Of a stretch of DNA of 64,000 nt, positions 26,589 through 39,655 are shown piece after piece. The position numbers and the translations under genes are program-made. Every line of letters starts with the position of its first letter. Position 1 is the stretch's first letter. Under the pieces are notes generated by a model. That model was not told the origin of the DNA, did not search any database, and saw nothing but the letters and a program-made list of their open reading frames with translations. Origin of the DNA: Octopus sinensis (taxonomy: Eukaryota); NCBI RefSeq assembly GCF_006345805.1, contig NC_043000.1, positions 108,128,001-108,192,000 on the forward strand, in the 5' to 3' direction.

Positions 26589-26710
26589 CATATATACGAC
26601 GGGCTGCTTTCAGTTTCCATCAACCAAATCCACTCACAAGGCTTTGGTCGGTCCGAGGCTATAGTAGAAGACACTTTCCCAAGGTGCCACGCAGTGGGAC
26701 TGAACCCGGA

Positions 26711-26712
<2 letters not shown>
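26300..26712 (-). mobile_element. SINE family A, head-truncated
   Basis: Well-preserved tail and body; ends at gaacccggaac next to (CA)n. Confidence 0.88.
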
Positions 26713-26772
<60 letters not shown>

Positions 26773-26773
<1 letters not shown>

Positions 26774-26876
26774 TACTTGTTTCAGCAGTACATATAATTA
26801 AACTGGAACGTTAGAGGGAAGATTAGCATGGCCTCTGCGCAAGGGTGACATGCAAATTCGTGAATAGTTCCATATT
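26773..26876 (+). pseudogene. U6: U6 snRNA retropseudogene, full length
   Basis: Ungapped alignment to vertebrate U6 as I recall it: about 88/104 identical. AGATTAGCATGGCC and GCAAATTCGTGAA are intact, the ACAGAGA box reads AGAGGGA, there is no oligo-T terminator, and upstream is (TA)n rather than a promoter. Confidence 0.92.
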
Positions 26877-28265
26877 ATATCTCAACGGTGGTACTCCAGC
26901 ATGGCCGCAGCTTTGAAGCTGAAGCAATTTAAAGATGTATGTTTATATATATATATATGTATTTGTCTGTATGTATGTATCTATATATATACATTTGTGT
27001 GTGTGCGATTGTACGCGCTGGCGTGTGTGAGTGGGTGTGTATTACATTAATAATTAGCTAAACTGCCGTGCAACCTAGATAGCAAATTAGCCAACCTTGT
27101 AGTTACCTAGCAGCTTAACTGGATTAGATTACATGTCTTATACCTGCATAAAAATATGCAACCGCACATACATATGTCAAACCCATTGTAAAGTGTTCGT
27201 GACCAAGTTCACTAAACTCTGAAAATGTCCACTCTGAATAGGAGCTGCCCATTAGAAACATCTTAGCGTAGTGAAAGCATGGACTACTGGCTGCTCGTCC
27301 TGTAAATCATGTACATGTAAATAAAAGACTATAATACGTTATGTATAGTTAAATTATTTTTCTTTACAGCTGTCCGATTTTACAGTGCTTGAATCTGAAT
27401 GTATATAAACATTCATTCAATGATATTCTATCTGATGTAATCGAATTTTTCCTGTTGTGATTGTAATTGCAAAGTTCTGATGTTGACGACAAGACAGAGA
27501 CATTTACACGTTTCTTCATTGTTTCTTGTACTACACCAAGTAAATATGCGTACAATTACTATCAAGTAAAAATCTATCCAATCGGCTACTTCCACACATT
27601 TTTTTGCTTATTCAGTTATAATATATTTTGTTGAAGGAATTATTATTATTGTTTTTTTTTATATATTTCATCTAATTTTTTTCTTTGCAGATAACGTTTT
27701 CCACAAAAAGTTAGTAACACCATATCGCCTTTTTATACATCTTTTTTCTTTCTTTTATATGTTCAGAAATGATTAAATTCTGCATTTTAGGATTCTTTCT
27801 GTTGGTTGACGCAAATAGAATTGCTTTTCTTTCTAAATTTGAGGTTCTAAATATCTTATATTTTTCGTATATTTTTTAAATATTTATTTTTGCTTTAGAG
27901 TGGGTTATTTCATCGATGGGAATTTGTGTCTATCGGATCGCTTTGACAAGTTTTGTTTAAAATAGAAATGATTTTGTTGAAAATGAAAATGACGTTTGGG
28001 AAATGTTCTCTCTTATCAAATGAACTTTTCTTTCTAACAACTCACGTTCATCTGTCATAACTTTATTTAAACGTATAACATAATTTGTGTTATAAATAAC
28101 TAGTTTGTTGTTTAACAATAAACTACTGGAGAATATAGTTGATGTTTTTGCTGAGTTTCCTGTGTGAAATTATTATTGGAATCACGAGGGAATCTTCCAC
28201 CTATTGCAACGATGAGCAGTGAGTTGTTAGAACAAAATGAACTGCCTATTTATTAATTTAGCGCA

Positions 28266-28480
28266 AGGTGGCGAGCTGGTAGAATCCTTAAAACGCTGGA
28301 AAATGTTTAGCGGCATTTCGTCCGTCGTTACGTTCAGAGTTCAAAATTTCCCAAGTCGACTTTTCCTTTCATTTTTTTGGGGTCGATAAAATAAGTAGCA
28401 CTCGAAAACCGGGGCAGATGTAATCGACCAGCCCCTTTACCCCAAAACCTCAGGCCTTGTGCCTATAACAGAAAAGATTT
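28266..28480 (+). mobile_element. tRNA-derived SINE family B
   Basis: ggtggcgagctggtagaatc...gagttcaaa...gtcgactttt...ggtcgataaaataagta. Confidence 0.85.
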
Positions 28481-29587
28481 CTCAATTTAGGTTGAAGCTG
28501 GTCGAGTATTGCAAGAATGCGGACATCTTTAAATTAATACTAAAATCTAATCAGAGTGACACAGTGCAAGGCAACTTTAGATCTTTCTAGTTTAGTTTCA
28601 ATTCTCCAAACAAGCTTCTACGCAATTTTTCTTTATCTCACTTCACCTAAAGGGCCTAAATTGACATGAGTTAATGCGGCGTCAACTTCTAAACGAGTCG
28701 ATCCTTTCTACGCTCATTAATGTGATAAAGCTCCTAAGAAATCCATAAAAATCCTGTTTGTAAAAATGTAGAGCATATTGTACCGCAGAAGAGAAGCTGA
28801 TCAAACCAGGAAAATGATAGCATATTCACATCGATAAGCTGACTCAATTTACTGGCAATATTTCCGTATATTGCCAATGGCTATTATTTTAATATCTACA
28901 TTTTAAGTTCTTTAAGCCAAAACATCAAATTTTCCTGCGTTGCTAAGTTTCTACTCGTGACAAAAAAGAAAAAAAGAAAAGTAACCAATAAGAATTATTG
29001 ATTTATGCTAAATTCGGGTGTATATAGTTGCCTTTTAGTTCTGGTAAAGATAAATTTAGCATATTGTTGGAGTAGATATAACAAGCAGTGTATGTGTCCT
29101 ATTACCTACTAAATTCTTTGAGACATTCTATGTATCTTGTTGCATAGTATTAATCATTGCGCATTTTATAGAGATATGTTCCACTGATATAGGTCTATAT
29201 TTGGTTGACTGGAGCACTTTTGGTGATGTTGTTATTGATATTTTTCAGAAGCTTCCAGCTATGCACTGTTTGAGCCGTGCTATGTTACGCACTTAGCCAC
29301 ATATATTTTTTTCCAGTAATAGCATGTCTCCAACTAGCTGAAGACCATAAATCACATTTCCTGTGATTAGTCATATGGAATGTAGTGTGACAAGCTGTCT
29401 CTCCTCCACTGTCCAATCTATCTATTTCTGCATGTCTGTAAATCACGTAGATGGACACAGTACACACGCAAAATGGACTTAGTCTGATTAACAGTTACTC
29501 TTCCGTAATTACTGTTCATCGAGTGTACCTGGGCACTTAGTTTGAAGCAGTGAGTGTACTTTTCTATATTTAATGTGTAATATATTT

Positions 29588-29738
29588 TACTGTGTAGTAA
29601 GAAGCTTGCTCCCCAATGAGATGGTTCGGGTTCAGTTCCACTGCGTGGCACCTTGGGCAAGTGTCTTCTACTATAGTCTCTGGCCGACCAAAGCCTTGTG
29701 AGTGGATTTGGTAGATGGAAACTGAAAGAATCCCGCCG

Positions 29739-29804
<66 letters not shown>

Positions 29805-30005
29805 CGTGTCTTTTGTCTGCATTTGTCCCTCCATCACCCCTTTACAACCGGTGTTGGTGTGTTTACATCCCCGTAACATAGTTATTCGGCAAAATAGATC
29901 AATAGAGTAAGTACCAGGCTTAAAAAAAGTCCTGGAGTCGACTTAAACCCTTCAAGGCGCTGATCCAGCATGGCCACACTCTAATGACTGAAACAAATAA
30001 AAAAA
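29588..30005 (+). mobile_element. SINE family A, near full length
   Basis: Head gggttcagttccactgcgtggcaccttgggcaag, internal (TA)(TG)n, tail ccagcatggccac...atgactgaaacaaataaaa. Confidence 0.88.
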
Positions 30006-30354
30006 TTTTTTAAAATAATTGCTTAAAGTATGTACTGTGGCGTCTACGTTGGTGATTGTGGTGTTGTCAAATAATAAAAATATTGATGCTGGCTTCTAAT
30101 GGAGCTACTAAAATTAAGCTTTTTTTATCGAGGTTTTCTTTGGACGTTCATGTGTTAGTGTTGTTATGATAATGGGAGACAACTGGGCGGTGAAGATATG
30201 GCAATGGCTGCGGTGTAAAAATGGGTAAAGCAGAAATTTTGTAATCGACTCGGTCAGATTATGTGTGTCTTGTTCTCCAACTGATGACAATGTAGTTGCA
30301 TTGTTATCTCTCAAGCTTTCGCATTACGAATATTTTCTGAAAACTGTATATAGC

Positions 30355-30547
30355 TTGCAGGCAAAATCGTTCTAGCGTTGGACGATATGCCTAGCTGTAT
30401 TCCTAACACTTTACACTGAGTTCAAACTCCCCCAGGTCCAACTTTGTTTTTCATCTCCCGGGATTGATAAAATAAAGTACCAGCTAAGTACTAGGTTCAA
30501 TAGTGTCAAATTCCCTCAAAATTGCTGATCTGTCTAATTCAGAAACA
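30355..30547 (+). mobile_element. SINE family B, decayed
   Basis: gagttcaaactccc...gataaaataaagtaccagc resembles the 28.3 kb copy. Confidence 0.6.
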
Positions 30548-30562
30548 AGATACAGTATTTGA

Positions 30563-30594
<32 letters not shown>

Positions 30595-30819
30595 ATACTA
30601 CAGTAATATGATATATAGTAGAAAGTAGAACAGCTGGTGAATTGGAAATGTTATTTATTCCTCTATTCTTCAATCATTGGCCTGTAATCATTCTGAGGAC
30701 CCCATCTTGAAGTCCCAGTAAATACTGCAATAAGTTGCATGTTTTACCAACCTATATTTCTGCCCGGAACACAGAGGGGCACGTCATAAACAAAGTGCGC
30801 ACGCTAACACTTACGCGCG

Positions 30820-30878
<59 letters not shown>

Positions 30879-32339
30879 ATGTTTTTTTGTTTTTGCTTGA
30901 GGATTTATTCAACTCTATTTCAAGATCTGAAAGGAGATTTTGTTGCCATATAAATAGTAAAATGAAGGGAAACCTTAAGCCTGCTATGTCACATCCATTT
31001 GTTTCTGACATATTACATAGAAGTTTTTCCAGCTTGTCTTGCCAGGGCCGCTACTATATGAACAAAGAACTGCGCTAAGACTAAATTTCAAAATTATATT
31101 AATACAGGTATATTTTTACTGTGCACTTTCCTTAACCTTGCTTCATCGTAATTGATTTTAGGGAGTATCCAATGTTCTTTTTATTTTAATAATATAATTT
31201 ATTACAAAGTTGTTAAATATAAAATTAATGAATTAAATAATGTCCCTATCATCATGCCCGTTAGGCCATCCTTATGTTGTAAATGTGTTAACCTTAATAT
31301 AATGTTTAGCATATAGTTCATAGGTACTACATCTTATAGACAACCATTTCTACTTTGACTGGCATTGCTCTTTGGCATCATTATCACTTTGTTCTTTGCA
31401 TTCTGCTTTCATTCTGGAAAATCTGTTGTTCCTAAGGTTGATTATGGTATGTATGGGTTTACTATATCTTAATCTTGTGCAACAGTTTTCCATATATTAC
31501 TTGACTCTCCAAAAATGAGAAACTTCACGTGTTATATTTTACGAGGTCATCCGCTTTCTTAAAAATGGCAGCCAAATCTTTTTCAAATTACACTTTGTTA
31601 TCTTAAGTCAGGGAAGGCACATTCAAAAATGTATTTCTCGATATATCAAAAAGAACAAATGATCACGATTGAAACACTTTCATACAGATAGACCTAGGGC
31701 TAAATGTATATAATAAAAAAACATCCTGCTATTAACTATACTAAATGTTGAAGTTTCAACAAATACATTACGCAAGTGAGAACTTGAATGACTTCAAGAT
31801 TTTGTTTTGGTGGCAACGGATCAGATAAAATTCTAGTGATATATAAATAGTACTTATTTCATTGATGGTCATAGACATAAAAGACAAAACTCGCATTCAA
31901 CCAGAATGAAATTCACATTACAAATCGTATTGTAAATAGATGCAACTAATTATCTGGTTCGGTTATCTTTATATGAAAATTCTTTCGGTCGCCTTAATAT
32001 AAAACCATACCAAAATAGACATTAGTAAACTAACAAAAGACGATTAGTTAAGCACTAGAACAATAAATGTTAACAAGATGTTTGACTACAGTAAATAAAC
32101 ACTAACCTTTTCTTATGTTTTGTTATATTGGTTGTTCGTCTTGTCAGTCATTTTCTTAACATTTGCACTGGCATGATATACATAAGTTGTGGCCATTTTC
32201 AAGGAAGTATTTATGAAAGCAATTGATACTAAGAATTGACTGAAGCACGTCTGTTTCCTAATATTATTGATTAAATCATAGTTATCTTTTCAAAGTGTTT
32301 TATTTAATCATCAGCTTTGTTTCTTTATCCTCTCTTTGA

Positions 32340-32404
<65 letters not shown>

Positions 32405-32591
32405 GTCCATCTTCCTCCTATTTCTCTCATAGATTTCATTATTTTTGACCTTCTCTACATTGTCGCCACTCACTCCTAAATACAGAAACATACACAGACA
32501 TATATGCTTATATACATATATATATATATATATCAATATATATACGTATATATCAATCCACGCAGAGACACAAGTAAAAAACATATACACA

Positions 32592-33151
32592 TCTCTTATT
32601 ATAAAAGGCAGATTTTATCTGCCTCCCTTTGTCAGTTATAGAAATCTACAATATAGGATTTCTTCAATTACAATTTACCTAGCATTTTTAAGAGTAGAAT
32701 GCATCGGGTCATGCCAGGTCCAGTTTTTAAAATTTAAACTCCAATTAAGCAAAATTTAGAGAAAACTCACATTCTGGTGTGTATGTCAAATGCTTTTCTT
32801 AATGTGGTTTACACCACACGCACACGCACACACACAGTGTGCAACGAATAAAATGAAAGTAATTGGAAGAGAGTAAATAGCGACAGAGTGATTTGAGGAA
32901 GACTAAACTGAAAGTATTTAAACCACTACTCAAAAAATAAAAAACACAGCAAACAGAAACAAATAAATACATAACGATTTACTCCTCACACAATTTCTTC
33001 AATTAGAGTTTACCTAAGATTTTTCAAAGTACTCCATTCGGTCATGCCATAATATATTTCTTTCAATTTCACCCCCAATTAAGACAAAATTCGAGAAAAC
33101 TCAATATTTTAACATTTCACTCCGAAAGCATTGATGTACATGTGTGCGTGC

Positions 33152-33194
<43 letters not shown>

Positions 33195-34280
33195 ATGGGT
33201 TGTGCGACACAGAAAGTGTGGTGTGTAAGTGAAGTGCTTTTGTTAGTGTGTAAAGAGATAGACAGAGTGAAAGACAGAAATAACTGAACTTTTTTTATTC
33301 ACTTTTTGTAGTGAGTGACTGAGAGAGAAAAGAGAGAGAGAGGTTATGTATGTATATATGTATGTATGGCTTCAGTGACACACACACACAAAAACACATA
33401 CCTACGTACACCTAAAGCACGCACACACACACACACACAAGCGGAGCGCGAACTTCAAAATTTTGGTAGTATTAATTTGCGAGCGTACTTCTAAGCGCGC
33501 GTAATTGAAAGTTTTCACTATGATATCATCACGTGCGAAAAAATTCGAAAGGTTTTGAACAATTGAGATACAGATGTCACGCCTGTATTGAAACCATTGC
33601 TAAGCTGCCGTAATTGCTTAATTAAGACTTTGTTTAAATTGAAAGAGGCAAATATGTGACGAGGTTGAAAAAAAATACCCCAGAAAAAAAATGTACTGCT
33701 GGTATTTATATAATTCACTACTATTTTGCTACAATGTCATGAAAAAGAAAAAATTTAGGTATGTAAATCGAATTCGCCACCCCCTTTTCCCCGTTCGCGT
33801 TTGTGTAAAAAAAATTATTATTTAAGTTTTAAAAATTATTTACTTTGTTCAAAAAATATTAATATTAATTCATTTTCAAGAATTATTTAATTTTATTCTG
33901 TAAAATAGTAATTAATTCATTTATCTGTAAATCCGCGAGGTTGTTACTCAGGCACCTAGAATGGTAACCTTCAACTAACACTATCTCCTCCGAGACCCTG
34001 CGGCGCAAGTTGACCAAAATTGAGAGTATGATAGAAGAAGGGTTGCTCTTCCTTTCGTAGAAAACAAAATTCAAATCAGACCAGGTTAACACCAAAAATT
34101 ATTTACATCAAAAAGATGCTTTTTTCTATGAAAATCCCTATTTTTTACGATTTTTTCGCTGCTGTGTCGCCACTTTTCGGTGTATTTCGACCAGAAAAAT
34201 GTTCACAAAATTTTTACTTTTCAAAATTACAATTCCAGCGGGTCGAAACAAACCCGAGCAACGCCGGGCGATACTGCTAG
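32592..34280 (+). mobile_element. Non-autonomous Helitron (~1.7 kb)
   Basis: A|TCTCTTATTATAAAAGG 5' end; 3' end acaaacccgagcaacgccgggcgatactgCTAG|T is identical to the 3' end of the 25.3 kb element. Joining these two ends into one element is inference. Confidence 0.75.
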
Positions 34281-34499
34281 TATGTATATAAATACATATA
34301 TACGAATACGCTGAAGGACACATAAGTGTACACGTATACATATATGCATATATGCCCATATGTACCCAACGACACATAAATGCATATATATATGCATATA
34401 TGAACATATACATCAATATTCTCAAGGACAGATACACACACACATTCACTATTTATCGTTGTCCGTCAAATTCGACGATGACAGTTCAGGGTTTCTTGA

Positions 34500-34790
34500 T
34501 GGCTGTACGTTTTTTAGAGCCGAAGCAATGGCAACTCTGCGCATAGGAGTTCGGAGGTTCACAAGTGATTCTTCGTATGTCATATATACCATTTACCCTT
34601 ATAAGCCAAGAGAGAATGCAAGTATAATTATTTCTTCGTCGTGAGTGGACAATATATTTGGACCGCTGTAACAACAGCAACCACTCTGTTCCGTCTTCTT
34701 TGCAGAAGATGCCTGGACTATATTGGCGATGAACCCTTATAGTAGAGATGAGACTGCACAAGTTCCAGTACCTCTATTTTAATGTTGATT
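34500..34790 (-). mobile_element. Possible RTE-like LINE 3' relic
   Basis: Weak minus-strand similarity (LLQRRRNR...CYS) to the RTE RRLRFAGHC region; heavily decayed. Confidence 0.3.
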
Positions 34791-35079
34791 GAGAGAGGAC
34801 ACGTAGCAAGAGTAGCCGGGCACCAACTGAAAAATGAATATCAAGGTTTCTTTTTCTCTAACCTTTATCTTAGTGTCTTTTACAAAATATAACTCCAGTG
34901 GCATAACGAGTCTAAGTGCCGTTCAGGGATGCGCTTGAGTTTATTGCCTGCTTCCCACCCGGGCCTATACGACTTATATAGGATTATATAGCATACCCAA
35001 ATGTGCCGTCCAAAAGCCAGCGTTTGGGGCGGGCCACTATCTTCCTCTCCTAACCTGTTCTGACAAGTAGACGAGTTCA

Positions 35080-35308
35080 ATATTCTTTTCTACTCTAGTT
35101 ACAAGGCCCGAAAGTATTTTTTTTTTTTTTTTGGTGGTGGGCGCCCAGTCAATTGGATCGACCCCAGTTCGCAGCTGGTACTTAATTAACCGAAAGGAGG
35201 AAAGGCAAAGTCGACCTCGACGGAATTTGAATTCAGAATGTAAATACAGATAAAATACCGATAAGCATTTCACCCGGCGGGCTAACGTTTCTGCTAGCTG
35301 GCCGCCTT
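35080..35308 (-). mobile_element. SINE family B
   Basis: ggcaaagtcgacctcgacggaatttgaattcag...ctgctagctggccgcc. Confidence 0.85.
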
Positions 35309-35614
35309 AGACGAATTCAATATTGCCCAAACTGTCTTATAACGTGCTCGTTAACCATCTCAGAAATTTTCATGTTATGATGCACTATTATCTGAGATTT
35401 GTTAACCCTATGTTGGGTTAATCGCCCGTAATAGTCATACTGAATAATAACATAATTCATAAAAACTAGGATTAAATACTAAATGATATTTATTAAGTAT
35501 TGGGCGTGAATGCCATCGCTGAGTCAATCAAACTATGTATACTCTTGCTTACAACTATAACATCTGCATGGGTAACATAATGTGCACAAACTTACCCCAT
35601 GGTTGGGAGGGTAT

Positions 35615-35638
35615 AACCTATCTATCTATCTATCTATA

Positions 35639-35704
<66 letters not shown>

Positions 35705-35848
35705 CCTACCTACCTATCTACCTACCTACCAAACTACTTACCTACCTACCTACCACCTACATACCTACCTACTACCTACCTACCTTCCTACCTACCTACC
35801 TATCTACCTACCTACCTACCTACCTACCTACCTACCTATCTATCTATA

Positions 35849-35915
<67 letters not shown>

Positions 35916-35945
35916 TATCTATCTATCTATATATCTATCTATATT
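35615..35945. repeat. Compound (TATC)n/(TACC)n microsatellite
   Basis: Direct reading; generates the spurious YLSI/YLPT ORFs. Confidence 0.95.
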
Positions 35946-37535
35946 CCGAACCAAACGTGGTCATCTTGCTCAACATACTCTAAATTAAACAAATATTAAA
36001 CTTACGCAAGTCATTAAATGAAATACAAACACCCGTACCTGAGTATAAATGATACAAGTTTATTTAACTGGTCAGTTGGCCGCGGGAATGTTCCTGCCCG
36101 TAAATTTGTGCGTTTTGTTCATCTGGGGAGAAACATAGACTAACAATCTTTGTACTTGCCCACATCCCCTAGTGAACACCAAAGCACAAGAAAAACAAAG
36201 TTCTATACTGACTACATCATTACATGCCCGACTAATAACCCACACCTTCCAAAGAAAAACAGGAAATAATCTAAATAACTACAAGAAACCTAACTTTCTA
36301 AAACATACCATCTACATACAAGCTTATGTGAACCTCTAAAAAATTGTATTACACAAAGTTGACATGTCCAATTACTAAGATTTTAATACTGGATTAAACA
36401 TTGAACCTTTGACATTTGCATTGTCGAAGCAAAAGATTAAATCGAATAAAACCAAAGATACCTAAAACTGATGTCATATCCTATACATACCAGAACAGAC
36501 ACACCTAAATACTCACAGCTACTTACAAAAGTCTACATACATCTGTAGATTCTAAACAATAACATAATCCCAAATTTAATCAATAAGAGCTTTCTCCAAA
36601 ACGTATCTCCATAATTACCCATCCTTAAACCTAATTACCAATCCACTCCAATCAACATGCTTAACGAAGATTTTAGTACAGCAGAGACTATATAAAGTCA
36701 AGATTAACCTCAATGCATTGCAGTTTGACGGTGATTTAACTGACCGAATCTTCGAAGTCAATGTCAATAATATTCATGTTTGAGAATAATATATATATGT
36801 GTGTGTGTGCGCGCGCGCGCACGTTTGTGTGTGTGTGTATGTGTGTGCGCGCGCGCACGTTTGTGTGTGCACGCGTGCGTGTCTGTGTGTGTGTGCGCGC
36901 GTGCGTGTATCTGTGTGAGTGTGTGTATGAATGTGCGTGCGTTTGCCTGCATGAATTGCGTGGAACTAAATAAAGATCAAAGTAAGCTGAATGACAATGG
37001 GAAGAAAACCATGTTTTGATGCTGATATTATTAAAGATTAAAGATATTCTAATATCCAACGGATGTTAAAAGAAAACTGTACATATTACTGTTCGATTAT
37101 AAATGATTAGTGAGGGTTACTAATGAGAATATCAAAGGGTATTTTGAAGCTACAGATAAGTTTCTGACGTAAGAATTACAGACGTGTTTAATCCAATTTG
37201 TCTCTTAGCATCTAAGGTAACGGGTAAATTAGTTTTTCCTTTGGCAGATTTACATTATTGTATTTCCAAATCTGTCTTCATTTTGCATCTACTGAACTCG
37301 CAGTATCAGAGAGATGGAAGGGTCATTCGTTCTTTTCCTATTGCTTAACTGATATTGCACAAAATCACGAGTCGGAAATGAAATAAATATCCATGCCTCA
37401 CTATATCAGAGGACATTTAGTGTTGACTGTCCAGTATACTATTGTTATTCACTCCCAGACTAGTCGTGAATGAGTAGACTTATGAACGAAGACATATCTA
37501 CAATGACTATTGGCTATTCCGTCATTTATTAGAAA

Positions 37536-37781
37536 TACGAAGTGATGCGGAAAGGGTCCTGGATTTGGGTAAAAGAAAACCCAGGAGGATTAGTTAAATA
37601 TGATTTTATTCAATATATAGGCGCAGGCGTGGCTGTATGGTAAGAGGTTTGCTTTCCAACCACATGGTTCCATGTTCAGTGCCATTGCGTGGCACCTTGG
37701 ACAGGAGTCTTCTTCTATAACCACAGGCCGACCAAAGCCTTGTGAGTGGATATGGTAGATGGAAACTAAAAGAAGCCCGTC

Positions 37782-37841
<60 letters not shown>

Positions 37842-38195
37842 GCTTTGTGTGTATATATATTTACGTGCGTGTCTTCGCTTGACAACTGATGTTGGTGTGT
37901 TTACGTTCCTGTAACTTAGCAGTTCGGCAAAACAGAATGATAAAATAAGTACCAGGCTTAAAAAAAGAAAGTCCTGGGGTCGATTTGTTCGACTAAAAGG
38001 CAGTGCTCCTGTATGGCTGCAGTCAAATGACTGAAACAAATAAAAGAATACAGAGATATTCCCCTCTCAGCTACACACACTTATTGCAGTGACTTTCAGT
38101 CTTCCTAAGCCCTGTAAAAGAACTCGGAAGGTTGGGCCTCCACCCAGGCCTTTCACGATATCCCTAAAGCCAGGAACTTTTTAGTGCTCCTCGTA
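37536..38195 (-). mobile_element. Mariner-derived MITE interrupted by a SINE A insertion
   Basis: Left part 37536-37615 and right part ~38056-38195 rejoin to match the uninterrupted copy at 62535-62726. Confidence 0.75.
37616..38050 (+). mobile_element. SINE family A, full length, nested in MITE
   Basis: Complete head (aggcgcaggcgtggctg), body, microsatellite and tail (gtcaaatgactgaaacaaataaaagaata). Confidence 0.88.
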
Positions 38196-38853
38196 CTCTC
38201 ACATGGACTATTCTATCTAATATGTTCTTTTTATTTTTATAAAGGTATGCTACCATTTTAATTCGATTGTTATTTGTATCTTGATTAGATATCATACTCA
38301 GGTTTCTTTCATATCCACTATTGTACTTCTGGCGCTCACTGCTCATAGAGTTCTATCATTATGTGATGCCTTCGTCAGTCAAACTGCTAACAGAATTATC
38401 AGTGTCTGTTGCTGTTTATCTAAAAAGACAGGTGCTTCTGAAAGTGGGTTGTACAACCACACTAGCAGCAGTAGAAACTTTTATGTGGGTACTGATGACA
38501 AAACGGTGATAGACAGGCGATAAATAAATCTTTAGAGTTTGTTAGTCTTTTGTTTCCTATGAAAATATTAACGTTAAAATTGGCTCGTTTTCCAAAATTA
38601 CAACATATTCAATAACGGCGACAACATCAACAATAATAGTAGACTTTGAAGTGCGGACAAGAAAATAATTAACAACTGAATAAATATGTACCGTCCATGA
38701 ATCTAAATTACTATTTAACACAAATTGTCAAAGTGTGTAGGTATTTTCATATATGTAATAAAGACATCTGACCACTTCTATAGTCTTCATTTGTGTGCAT
38801 GTGCGTGTGTGTATGTAAGTGTGTGCATATATATATATATATGTATTTATATA

Positions 38854-38916
<63 letters not shown>

Positions 38917-38998
38917 TATTTATATATTTATATATTCCTATATACATATTCACTCACACAGATACACACGCAGACACAGACACGCACACACACACACA

Positions 38999-39087
<89 letters not shown>

Positions 39088-39117
39088 TATATATATTCAG
39101 ATTAATATATATATACA

Positions 39118-39161
<44 letters not shown>

Positions 39162-39289
39162 TATAGGTTATGAGAGGTAATGGTGTCATAGTGACCCAAA
39201 GGTGCCAAGTGATGCTGAATAAGTGCTATAGATGGACCGCAGTTAAGTTCCAGGTTCGGTGATTATGCGTAAAGGAGTTCAACGTCAGC

Positions 39290-39655
39290 GTGTGTATATA
39301 AAAATTTTATTTCGTAATGAGATATAAAACGTAGGCTGTGTAGATTTTAGAACATTTATAGATAGAAGGTCTTACAGCTGTTTTCAGGATATTTATTATA
39401 TCCCTTCATCGGAGACGGTGTGAGAGAATGGTTAAGAAATAGTTATTTTAGATAAGATATAGAGAGTGAGGTGGAGATGTGAAAATAGATGTGAGATATG
39501 TAGGGATATTGCATTTGTAGATCCATATAATATTCCAGTACCTTATGAGTAAAATCCAATAGAACTTAAAATTGTTCATTCCAAGTATAGAGTTTATACA
39601 CACTGTTACTTTAAACACAACCCTGGATTCAATATCCCTACTACCTTCAAACATC
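39290..39655 (-). mobile_element. Penelope-like pseudo-LTR relic with hammerhead motif
   Basis: Homologous to 8025-8400; hammerhead-like motif at 39369-39416. Confidence 0.55.
39369..39416 (-). ncRNA. Type I hammerhead ribozyme-like motif, decayed
   Basis: Reverse complement: gtct CCGATGA a gggatat-aataa-atatcct g AAAAC agct GTA agac. Palindromic stem III ACAGCTGT; GAAAC is mutated. Confidence 0.5.

Noticed and set aside
36060-36720. A/C-skewed segment suggestive of an old LINE endonuclease region
   Set aside because: No convincing motif could be read; compositional hint only.
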